The translations under genes and the position numbers were made by a program. DNA of 64,000 nt from contig JACQMV010000035.1 of NCBI GenBank assembly GCA_016203395.1, forward strand, positions 415-64,414, read 5' to 3'. Shown here in pieces: positions 55,373 through 63,397 of this stretch; the stretch's first letter is position 1; each line of letters begins with the position of its first letter. This DNA comes from Candidatus Woesearchaeota archaeon (GTDB lineage: Archaea; Nanobdellota; Nanobdellia; Woesearchaeales; ARS49). Below the pieces are notes generated by a model. That model did no database searches. It had not been told where the DNA came from and saw only the letters and a list, made by a program, of their open reading frames with translations.

Positions 55373-56733
55373 CCATCCTCTTTAATCCCTTCAAATGGCG
55401 ATACCGCATCATACAACGATTTAGATACTTTTGAAAGCACTACAAATTCATCCCTGAGCTGATTTCTTCTAAAAAACTGCAAAGGATTTTTTAACTTTCT
55501 CCTTGTTTTTTCTTTTTCACTATCAACCTGAGTGTAAAGACCTCGCAGACTTTTCAATACAGAATACCACATGCAATTAACAACAACTGCGTTTATTTTT
55601 AACGTTTTCTCTGAAAAATTACGAAACTCCGATCCAATAATTGCAGCTTCTGACTCGTCACAAAACGCATCACCGCAATACTTGGCTATTCTCATGCCAA
55701 TAGAATGAAATTGCATTGCTGCATCATCAATATCCTGCAACCGGTTCTTATTATGGACAGTTTGCTCTTTTATAATCCCCTGCAAGTTCTGAATCTCAAT
55801 TTCTTTCTGCCTCATTGGCTGATGAAATGAAGTTTCAAGATCGCTTCGCATTCCAGACAATTCATCGTGTGCTTTAGCAAGGTGTCTTTTAGTAATAGCA
55901 TATTCTTCTTTTGCATCTGAAAGAGCAGCTTTCGTTGTAGACAATTCCCTGGCTGTTGATCCCAATTGAGCAAGTGTTTGAGCCAGCTCTTTTTCAGTGG
56001 CTAATTTCTTTTTTTCTTTTTTATCCAGTTCTGAAACAACAGCCAACAGCACTGCATCTCTTTCATTATACTCATTTTCTATTCTTTTTAACTCATGAAA
56101 ACGAGCATGATGTTCATTACGTATTCTTTCAAGATCAGATAAGGTTGTTGCTATTTCTTTTCTTGTTCCTTGTAAAATTAATGATGTTTCATCATACTCT
56201 TTTTTTGCAAGAGATGCCTTCACCAGTTCTGAGCGAGTGTTTTCTTCTATTGCCTTATCATACATTCTACCCTGAAGACGCCCATTCAGATACGGTATGT
56301 ACATCTCCATCCATTGTTGCAACAGCTGAGGATTTTCGTACGGTTCTTTCGGAGAAGGCGTGTTTCCATTATAACGATATGCGACTTCAGCAGCAACCAT
56401 TAGTGCACCAACATCAATAACCTGCTGCGCACTTATTTCAGGATCCTGAAACAACGTTCTAATCTTCATTATTGATTCTGCATCTGTCAAACAATTCAAA
56501 TACCCGTCTATAATGAATAACTTATTCAAATCTATCCAGCCGTTAAAATATGCATGAGCAAGAATCTCAGTATTTGTCAAGAGTTTTCTCAAAGCAACTA
56601 TAAGCATTTCCTGAGCAGGCGAAATAGTGCCGAAATAATCCTCATTTAAGCCAAGCACAGCCTCTTTAGGCGCAAACCTTTCTGCAAACTCCTCTAAAGA
56701 TGGGGATTTGACTTTTTCATTCTTACCCCCCAT
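55369..56733 (-). CDS. Coiled-coil hypothetical protein (454 aa) in the E1/JAB cluster
   Basis: Long charged heptad-like central region (KEYDETSLILQGTRKEIATTLSDLERIRNEHHARFHELKRIENEY...). 1-nt gap to the E1-like gene. Confidence 0.4.
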   Translation of the reverse strand: MGGKNEKVKSPSLEEFAERFAPKEAVLGLNEDYFGTISPAQEMLIVALRKLLTNTEILAHAYFNGWIDLNKLFIIDGYLNCLTDAESIMKIRTLFQDPEISAQQVIDVGALMVAAEVAYRYNGNTPSPKEPYENPQLLQQWMEMYIPYLNGRLQGRMYDKAIEENTRSELVKASLAKKEYDETSLILQGTRKEIATTLSDLERIRNEHHARFHELKRIENEYNERDAVLLAVVSELDKKEKKKLATEKELAQTLAQLGSTARELSTTKAALSDAKEEYAITKRHLAKAHDELSGMRSDLETSFHQPMRQKEIEIQNLQGIIKEQTVHNKNRLQDIDDAAMQFHSIGMRIAKYCGDAFCDESEAAIIGSEFRNFSEKTLKINAVVVNCMWYSVLKSLRGLYTQVDSEKEKTRRKLKNPLQFFRRNQLRDEFVVLSKVSKSLYDAVSPFEGIKEDG

Positions 56734-56734
56734 T

Positions 56735-58030
56735 TTAGTATTCTCCTTCTACAATTCCTCTTGCAGAATAATACAGCTGCATTATTTTCACTCTATGCGG
56801 CTCAGCGCTTAAAAGCCCTTTCAGCCGGTTGACAATAAGCACAGCAGCAATTCTGTTAGGGATTGTCAATGAGGGCCCAAAACAATTATCTTCATTTTTA
56901 GGAGGTGCTGGCTCTTTAGTAGAGAGATCCTGCTCATCAATGCGCGGAGTATCTGAAGGAAGATAGTTATTAACAATACAAGAACTCCCATCAGAAGATG
57001 AGCCACCATTAATCAAAGGAATTGCATGCTTTTCAGCAAGATCCTGCATTATTAAACGCGTAGGATTGTTATCCACACAGCTGAGCAAAACATCTACTTT
57101 GTGCCCATGAAGATAGCTATCCCAAGACAAATCAAACCGTGAATTATGCGAAACATACCTTCCTTTTCTATTCACCCTCTTCATCTTATCAGCCAACGTT
57201 TGCGCCTTGTACGTCTTGGGCGAATTATAATACCATATCTGGTTCCCTAAATTTCCTAGTTCTACCAAATCAAAGTCAACAATAGCCAAGTTCTGAACTC
57301 CAGTGCATGCGCAAAGCCGCCCAACATTACTGCCAATGGCTCCTGCACCTACCATCAAAACAGGAATATCTATTGTTTCACTGTTTTCACGAATCCCTCC
57401 ATAATAAAACCTGCGCAACTGTGCATCATACTTTAACGGCATAACCATCTTACGAATCTCTTCCATTATCAAAGAAGAAACAAGAGAAGCATTCAGAAAA
57501 CCAGATGGTTTTCTAGCATAATCCTTTGCATGAAAACCAAGAACGTCATCCAGATTATCCTCCTCAAATGCAAAATTCGTTACAACCAAACAATTATTTG
57601 TAGAAGCCCCAGAGATGACACGAACGGCTTTGCTTTTCGCATACTGCACGCATGCAGTTTTACTTCTCAAATCATTCGTCATATCCACAATCAAGTCCAC
57701 CTTATCAGAAAAAAACGAACCAGTATCTGCGTCTGACATGACCTTTTTGCCAATCGGCTCTATGACAACATCAGAATTCATTTGAGCACATAGCCAACTA
57801 AGATGCTCAACCCGTTTACTGCTTTTATTGCAGTTCTCAACAAACCATTCAGAACCATCCATCTCTTCTTCTCCAATCATTACAATTCGGGTATAACCCA
57901 TTTCTGCTAAACCAATCGCGAGCTCGCACCCGGCATTATTTGCTCCTACAATTACAATGCCAGCATCAGCTATTTTTCCCTGATCCCAACCTCGCAATTT
58001 TGCCTGCCGCGAATACCTCTCCTGCACCAT
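56735..58030 (-). CDS. E1-like (ThiF/MoeB/UBA-type) activating enzyme with tandem adenylation-fold domains: degenerate N-terminal, canonical C-terminal
   Basis: Domain 1: RYSRQAKLRGWDQGKIADAGIVIVGANNAGCELAIGLAEMG...DLIVDMTNDLRSKTACVQYAKSKAVRVISGAS. It has ThiF-like spacing but lacks the NLxRQ and DxD motifs. Domain 2: VLMVGAGAIGSNVGRLCACTGVQNLAIVDFDLVELGNLGNQ...VDVLLSCVDNNPTRLIMQDLAEKHAIPLINGG. This is canonical. A Cys-containing loop SSDGSSCIV follows. Confidence 0.65.
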   Translation of the reverse strand: MVQERYSRQAKLRGWDQGKIADAGIVIVGANNAGCELAIGLAEMGYTRIVMIGEEEMDGSEWFVENCNKSSKRVEHLSWLCAQMNSDVVIEPIGKKVMSDADTGSFFSDKVDLIVDMTNDLRSKTACVQYAKSKAVRVISGASTNNCLVVTNFAFEEDNLDDVLGFHAKDYARKPSGFLNASLVSSLIMEEIRKMVMPLKYDAQLRRFYYGGIRENSETIDIPVLMVGAGAIGSNVGRLCACTGVQNLAIVDFDLVELGNLGNQIWYYNSPKTYKAQTLADKMKRVNRKGRYVSHNSRFDLSWDSYLHGHKVDVLLSCVDNNPTRLIMQDLAEKHAIPLINGGSSSDGSSCIVNNYLPSDTPRIDEQDLSTKEPAPPKNEDNCFGPSLTIPNRIAAVLIVNRLKGLLSAEPHRVKIMQLYYSARGIVEGEY

Positions 58031-58032
58031 GT

Positions 58033-58950
58033 TCAGACCCCCCCGTTCAGACGAACTCTTTCAGAGATTTCCCTCTCAATAAGCGCAGTCATTTCCTTTT
58101 GATTAATATCTGAACCACTATCATCTTTAATCAGGTCCATACCTACTTTACCTGTTGCTTTGATTGGCCTAGCTAAGCCAGGATACCATAAAAAATACGT
58201 TGCCTCAACATAATTCTCGCCTTTAGAATTTACAACAAGGGAATGCGCAATACCCTCTGAATACAGAACCTCCTCCTCAAGCCGCCCAACACTAACACCG
58301 CAATGCTCTAAATCAGTTTTAACAAAAACTATCGCTCCATCCACAGGAACCTTCCAATATGACTTTTCAAAAGGAAAAGCCAGCTGCCCTACAAATGCCT
58401 GTGCTTTTTTGTTCGGCACTATTGTTACAATGCCGCTTTTGGATCTAACCTGATAACCTATCTTATGAGATGTATCAATAACTATTGTGTAATCTTCACT
58501 TTTAGGATTGTATTCCACAGAAACAGAATAAGGCCGGTTTGAAACAGTATACCCATCATGCATTGTTACGCATACATCTCTTTTTGTGTTTGAAGCAAGA
58601 TAAACTGCTGATTTTTCAAGCTCGCCATCATCAATTGGAGAATGATGCGCTTCAATAGCAGAACCATGACTGTGCCACAAGCCAACGCACTTAAGCTTTT
58701 TATTGTCTATTTCATCCATTGTTCGCGCCAAACCATCAGCAGTTATGTGCGCATGATCTGCAGTAACTATTTGTTCGTAAGCAAGCATAACCTCTTTTGC
58801 AATGCCATCATTGTTGTTTTCAGGAGCTGTCAAAAGACCAATGCACTCGGTAGATGACTTAAAACGCTCGCAAACCTTAAACGCGTATAATACCGCTTTA
58901 CGATACGCGTGTTCTGTTATCCTGAGTGATTTTGGTTTGTTCATTTTCAT
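58033..58950 (-). CDS. JAB/MPN (JAMM) metalloprotease fused to a C-terminal domain ending ...VRLNGG-V (candidate ubiquitin-like module with a one-residue cap)
   Basis: JAMM motif: E in ECIGLL, then HSHGSAIEAHHSPIDD (H-x-H-x8-S-x2-D). The last residues are EREISERVRLNGGV, which resemble the ubiquitin tail LVLRLRGG. The stop is 2 nt from the E1 start. Confidence 0.6.
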   Translation of the reverse strand: MKMNKPKSLRITEHAYRKAVLYAFKVCERFKSSTECIGLLTAPENNNDGIAKEVMLAYEQIVTADHAHITADGLARTMDEIDNKKLKCVGLWHSHGSAIEAHHSPIDDGELEKSAVYLASNTKRDVCVTMHDGYTVSNRPYSVSVEYNPKSEDYTIVIDTSHKIGYQVRSKSGIVTIVPNKKAQAFVGQLAFPFEKSYWKVPVDGAIVFVKTDLEHCGVSVGRLEEEVLYSEGIAHSLVVNSKGENYVEATYFLWYPGLARPIKATGKVGMDLIKDDSGSDINQKEMTALIEREISERVRLNGGV

Positions 58951-60011
58951 CAGCCCCTAATCTTGTTATAAGTTAAAATACTTGCAGCCAAACCATCCAT
59001 ATGAAGAAGAATCTTATGCATGCGTTGAATCATGCTGTCATTTACTGACTTATCATAATCTCTATGAACGCAAATATCGCTCGTTTCGGCAGGAACATAC
59101 CTGCTATTTGCCCACACTACAAAAGTAGCATTATTACTATATTGCAAACGCTCTCTTATGTCAACATTTTTGTTATCTTTCTTAAGCCAAACTGCTACGC
59201 CTGCCTCTCTGTCTTTAAACGTTCTTTTGTTTATCATGTCAGTAAACGAAGGCATTTGACGCACAAGAAACTTTTCTGAACGAAGATAGAAAAAATCATT
59301 ATACAAAATATAGCCGTCTTTTTCATAAACATTACCTTCAGCCAGTCCTTCATACTGTTTCATTAGCATGCTTAATTTTGCAGCAGGAGAGTCATCAAGA
59401 AATTCCTTTGCTTCCTGCGCGAGCTTTAATTCAAACAAAACCTGATGAGATATTTCACAATGCTCAATACGCTGCTTTGCAGGACGCTGAAGATATCTTT
59501 TGCCTTTATACATGACTACACACCAGCCGGGCTCTTCATTACTACTCAATTCCAAAGGATAAATCCTGTGATTAAGCAGCATCAAATTCTGTCCATCAAA
59601 AACCTTATCAAGCACGCCTGTAAAGGAGTCAGGACTTGCTTCAACACATACCTTATTCTCAGGTCTGCTTTCTTTCTTTGTATAAAATTCATTCGCACCC
59701 TCAAGAAAAGCAATACTGGTCTCAAGATCTTCTATTGATTTCTTAATTTCATCATTATTAAGATTTACGTGAGGATTTTGCTGACTTGCAAGAACTTTTA
59801 TTCTTGCATCAATTGCCTCTTTGTTCCTTTTTCTGTAACGTTTTTCGCAAGCAGGCAAAGGTTCGCCAGAATCAAGTGGAAATTTATAACCCTCAAACCC
59901 AACATAGTTTTTTGGCTTTCTTGCTGCGAGATCTATAGAAAAAAGCATGCCGTCTATTATTACAAGAGCAGAGGTTGTTGCTCTTTCAAAAACCTCACTA
60001 AACGGCAGCAT
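58950..60011 (-). CDS. Hypothetical protein (353 aa), upstream partner of the JAB gene; a possible E2-like role is unproven
   Basis: 1-nt overlap with the JAB start. Five Cys, including YPLELSSNEEPGWCVVMY, which loosely resembles the HPN-x-G-x-I-C-L spacing of E2. No confident fold assignment. Confidence 0.4.
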   Translation of the reverse strand: MLPFSEVFERATTSALVIIDGMLFSIDLAARKPKNYVGFEGYKFPLDSGEPLPACEKRYRKRNKEAIDARIKVLASQQNPHVNLNNDEIKKSIEDLETSIAFLEGANEFYTKKESRPENKVCVEASPDSFTGVLDKVFDGQNLMLLNHRIYPLELSSNEEPGWCVVMYKGKRYLQRPAKQRIEHCEISHQVLFELKLAQEAKEFLDDSPAAKLSMLMKQYEGLAEGNVYEKDGYILYNDFFYLRSEKFLVRQMPSFTDMINKRTFKDREAGVAVWLKKDNKNVDIRERLQYSNNATFVVWANSRYVPAETSDICVHRDYDKSVNDSMIQRMHKILLHMDGLAASILTYNKIRG

Positions 60012-60378
60012 TTTGATACCCTACATCCTTTGGCTGAATAACTCTAACCTGGATTGAAGGAACTTCTGCGCGCGTATACAAAGCCGGAAGCCCAATAGTG
60101 TCAAGCGCTTGCGCAACTGCTGCTTTAGGGTCTGTTCTAACACTCATCATGTTAGAACCCGGTGTGGAAGATGTTACATACACTCTTGTTTTTGGATCAT
60201 TCAAGCTGGCTGCCATTTGAGTACGCAAGCCATCATTCTTACCTGCTTTATCAGCCAACACTTTTTGTATAATCTCCTGCCAATTTCCTGCGCTTGTAAT
60301 CTCCCTCTCTTCAAATGTTTTTTCAATCCTGTCAGCACTAACGTCTCCTTTCACTATAACACCTAATTGTCTTCCCAT
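59998..60378 (-). CDS. Small Cys-free hypothetical protein (about 126 aa), first gene of the E1/JAB cluster
   Basis: The internal ATG at 60378 is preceded by GGAGG, 7 nt upstream. The tracked ORF start at 60411 was discarded. 14-nt overlap with the next gene. Confidence 0.4.
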   Translation of the reverse strand: MGRQLGVIVKGDVSADRIEKTFEEREITSAGNWQEIIQKVLADKAGKNDGLRTQMAASLNDPKTRVYVTSSTPGSNMMSVRTDPKAAVAQALDTIGLPALYTRAEVPSIQVRVIQPKDVGYQNAAV

Positions 60379-60431
60379 CTTTGTTCCTCCATTGCAGAAC
60401 TCTGACTGCAATAATCTTACCTGACTAACTC

Positions 60432-60458
60432 ACAGCCGAACTAGAATTGTTCGGCTGT
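60432..60458. promoter_or_regulatory. Perfect 10-bp inverted repeat (acagccgaac-N7-gttcggctgt) upstream of the E1/JAB cluster
   Basis: Seen directly in the sequence, about 55 nt upstream of the 60378 start, on the divergent side of the AbrB-PhoU gene at 60794. Confidence 0.4.
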
Positions 60459-60517
60459 AATCAAGCCAACATTTTTATACAAAAGTGTAATGATTGATAG
60501 CGGAACTTTTTGATAAT

Positions 60518-60559
60518 GTGATTTTTGATGGGCATTTCGTGCTTTTTGAAAAAAATCAC
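60518..60559. promoter_or_regulatory. Inverted repeat gtgattttt-N24-aaaaatcac in the same divergent intergenic region
   Basis: Seen directly. Candidate operator or terminator-like hairpin between the E1/JAB cluster and the AbrB-PhoU paralog. Confidence 0.3.
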
Positions 60560-60793
60560 GTTGTTTTACAAAAAGACATGCGCGCTTTAGCATTTTATTA
60601 TCCCTTAACCATTCTGGCAACAACAAAGCCACGGATAGCACCATCTCGTCGGTAGTTATAGTTGTTTCTTTGTTCATGCAGACAGATAAAGATGCAAAAT
60701 ATAAGTAGCTTCTTAACACATAATCCCTATGAATATGTATATAGTTATTTTTACAATAGGTATTTATACTGCGCGTAAATGTATGTTTTTTTA

Positions 60794-61705
60794 ATGAGAC
60801 GAAAAGTAACCCTTCACGGACCTGCAACATTAAGCGTGAGCTTACCTTTACAATGGGCTAGAAAAAGAGGCGTAAAAAAAGGAGACGAGCTTGATGTTGT
60901 TGAACAAAAAGGAGGACTTGTAATCTCTGCAAATGAGCCGATAACGCCTGAAAAAAAGATGGAGATACATGTCAAAGACGTAGACAACTTTCTTAAACGA
61001 ATGTTCTTTGTGCCATACGCTCACGGATGCACTGAGATAAAAGTAACATTTGACGACAAAAAAGTGATTAACAAAGTAGAAAACGTTCTTGAAATGATGA
61101 TGGGATTTGAGATGACAGAACAGGGAAAAAACTATTGTATTGTAAAGCAAGTGGCAAATGCAAACGGAGAAGAATTTGAGCCAGTATTAAACCGTATTTT
61201 CATCTCAAACAAGGCAGTAATGACAGAACTTCTTGAACTCATAAACTCAGATGATTATGAAAAACTGAGAGCACTGTCATTATCAGAACTCACTAACAAC
61301 CGCCTGGTTTATTTCTGCCTGCGACTTCTCACTCTCCAGGGCTATAAAGACCCATATTACACCGGCTGCCTTTATTATGTAATACTAACACTTGAAGAAA
61401 TAGCTGATGACTTAAGAGACATCTGCACGTGGATTGCAGATAATAAACTAAAATTGCACAAAAGCGTAGCTGAATTACTCTACAGAGTAACTGTTTTTTA
61501 CGATGAAATCTACAAACTCCATAACTCATACAATCAAGAACGGCTCGTATCTCTAAGAAAACAAATAATTGATTTTTACACTGATGTAAAAGAACAAATA
61601 CGACACGGAGGCAAGGAAGCAATCGTGCTGGGCTACATAATGAAAATCGCAGATGATATCAGCAATATCTCAAAAGAACTAAAATACGAAACATCAATAA
61701 AATAA
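60794..61705 (+). CDS. AbrB/SpoVT-PhoU fusion regulator, paralog 4
   Basis: MRRKVTLHGPATLSVSLPLQWARKRGVKKGDELDVV. Internal ATG of the tracked ORF, which starts at 60779. Confidence 0.6.
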   Translation: MRRKVTLHGPATLSVSLPLQWARKRGVKKGDELDVVEQKGGLVISANEPITPEKKMEIHVKDVDNFLKRMFFVPYAHGCTEIKVTFDDKKVINKVENVLEMMMGFEMTEQGKNYCIVKQVANANGEEFEPVLNRIFISNKAVMTELLELINSDDYEKLRALSLSELTNNRLVYFCLRLLTLQGYKDPYYTGCLYYVILTLEEIADDLRDICTWIADNKLKLHKSVAELLYRVTVFYDEIYKLHNSYNQERLVSLRKQIIDFYTDVKEQIRHGGKEAIVLGYIMKIADDISNISKELKYETSIK

Positions 61706-61935
61706 GCATTCCACAGCCCATGTGCTCTGACTGCGGGCTTAACGCAATCAGGAGTATTAATTCTAATGAGCAATACAATTTGTTGCACTATGTTGCAAAC
61801 ACGATGCAAGCAAAAGGTAAGGGCTAAGTGTAAAGCCAAGACGAAATAATTTCAAATCAAGAGTAAAGCCACAAGAGCAGTAAGAAAATAACAACACCTT
61901 CTTTGATGCGTATTAGCAAACACGGAATAAATATT
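61706..61935 (+). repeat. Dispersed modular intergenic repeat, copy E (plus orientation), between two tandem AbrB-PhoU genes
   Basis: tgctctgactgcgggcttaacgcaatcagg...aatgagcaatacaatttgttgcactatgttgcaaacacgatgcaagcaaaaggtaagggctaagtgtaaagccaagacg...taaagccacaagagcag...gcgtattagca. Confidence 0.65.
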
Positions 61936-61978
61936 TATCACACGATACCTATATATATCGCGCACTAATTATGTGTAT

Positions 61979-62923
61979 ATGAAACGCAAAGTCACACTTC
62001 ACGGCCCATCAACACTAAGCGTAAGCCTGCCTCTGGAATGGGCAAAAAAACACAACATAAAAAAAGGCGAAGAACTAGAAGTCATTGAAGAACGGGACGC
62101 AATACGAATTCTGGCTGAAAACAATGACGGCCAAAAGAAAGAATGCACTATAAAACTTCCTGAACTTGAAGCAAGACCAATACTGTTCCTTTTAAGAACA
62201 CTATACATTGCCGGCTATGACAAGATAATACTAGAATACGAACAAACAACAGCATGGCACTCAAGAAAAAACCTTGTTATGACTATGCCATCACTGATAG
62301 CGTATGAGATAAAACGTTTACGCGGCTTTGAAATAATGTCAATAACAAAAAACAGTTGTACAATAAAAAGCTTAATCAGAGAAAGCACAGAAGAATTTGA
62401 CGACAGCATGAAAAGAGTATTCCTCCTGCTCAAAGAAACAACAAATGATTTACCAACAATAATAATAAAAGGACAGCCGCAACTAAGACAATACGCACAA
62501 GACTTCCACGACCATATTACAGTATTACTGGCTTACAACCTGAGAACACTAAATAAAATTGGCTACAACAACAGACGCACAACCTTGTGCTTACATTCTT
62601 TTCTTTACAAGCTTGATGACATTATAGATCTTATAAAATACATGCTGGTAGAAATGGATGGAAAACTACCTCTCAAAAACAAAGAAATATTGCATATAAC
62701 AACCGAATTTGCCAGCTTGTTTGAAAAAATAAGCAAACTATACAACAAGTTTAGTCTGGAAAATGCACAGGACTTTTTTGCATACAAGTATAAATTACTT
62801 ACAAGAATAAATACCTTGTTTGGATCAACATCAAAAAACGAAAGAAGATACTTACACTATCTTGAGGACGTATTAGAGGAAATGCTAAAGTTGTGCATTG
62901 CCAGAATGGCTATGGAATACTAA
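61979..62923 (+). CDS. AbrB/SpoVT-PhoU fusion regulator, paralog 5
   Basis: MKRKVTLHGPSTLSVSLPLEWAKKHNIKKGEELEVI. It is very close to paralog 4 at the N-terminus. Confidence 0.6.
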   Translation: MKRKVTLHGPSTLSVSLPLEWAKKHNIKKGEELEVIEERDAIRILAENNDGQKKECTIKLPELEARPILFLLRTLYIAGYDKIILEYEQTTAWHSRKNLVMTMPSLIAYEIKRLRGFEIMSITKNSCTIKSLIRESTEEFDDSMKRVFLLLKETTNDLPTIIIKGQPQLRQYAQDFHDHITVLLAYNLRTLNKIGYNNRRTTLCLHSFLYKLDDIIDLIKYMLVEMDGKLPLKNKEILHITTEFASLFEKISKLYNKFSLENAQDFFAYKYKLLTRINTLFGSTSKNERRYLHYLEDVLEEMLKLCIARMAMEY

Positions 62924-62925
62924 CT

Positions 62926-63342
62926 TTACTGGCCTAAAATATTATCAAGACCATCATGTTGCCCGCGAAGCTGCCTAATGTCTTCTTGTGTAAGCGGATG
63001 ATTTTGTTCAGGAAGCCGGGCAGGTTCCTCTGGTTTTCTCGGAGTATTTGTAACCCGAGAAACATGCGCTCCAAAATTCTCATTTAAACGATAGGATGCT
63101 GCAACAATGTCGTCTCCAAGCAGATTCCAGGCATTCATAATCAAGACGTGAGTAACTGCACCTCTTACAGCGCCGCCAATAACACTATACTCCTTTGATT
63201 CCCTTCTTTGATTCCAATTATCTCCATGCGAATCAAAAGTAACCTTTGGAGGATCAATCAATGCAGCAAAATTTCTATATGCTGCCCCTAAACAAGCACT
63301 GCCTAAAGATCTCTTAACTGCATCACCAAAACCCATGAACAA
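62926..63342 (-). CDS. Hypothetical protein (138 aa)
   Basis: ORF only. Gly/Ala-rich N-terminus. No motif recognised. Confidence 0.3.
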   Translation of the reverse strand: MFMGFGDAVKRSLGSACLGAAYRNFAALIDPPKVTFDSHGDNWNQRRESKEYSVIGGAVRGAVTHVLIMNAWNLLGDDIVAASYRLNENFGAHVSRVTNTPRKPEEPARLPEQNHPLTQEDIRQLRGQHDGLDNILGQ

Positions 63343-63397
63343 CTAATGTTATGCCAGCATTAATATTTAATTATCATTAAATACATATCATAAGTAT

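Noticed and set aside
58950-60011. Calling the 353-aa protein an E2 (UBC-fold) enzyme
   Set aside because: There is only a loose resemblance (YP...G.WC) to the HPN-x-G-x-I-C-L motif. I cannot support the fold assignment without profile or structure search. I left it as hypothetical.
60379-60411. The 11-codon N-terminal extension of the small first gene of the E1/JAB cluster
   Set aside because: The internal ATG at 60378 has a GGAGG 7 nt upstream. The extension lacks any ribosome-binding context.
60441-60830. Minus-strand ORF 60441..60830 (129 aa)
   Set aside because: It spans the divergent promoter region and overlaps the start of the AbrB-PhoU gene. It has no motifs, and the palindromes fall inside it. 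Probably spurious.
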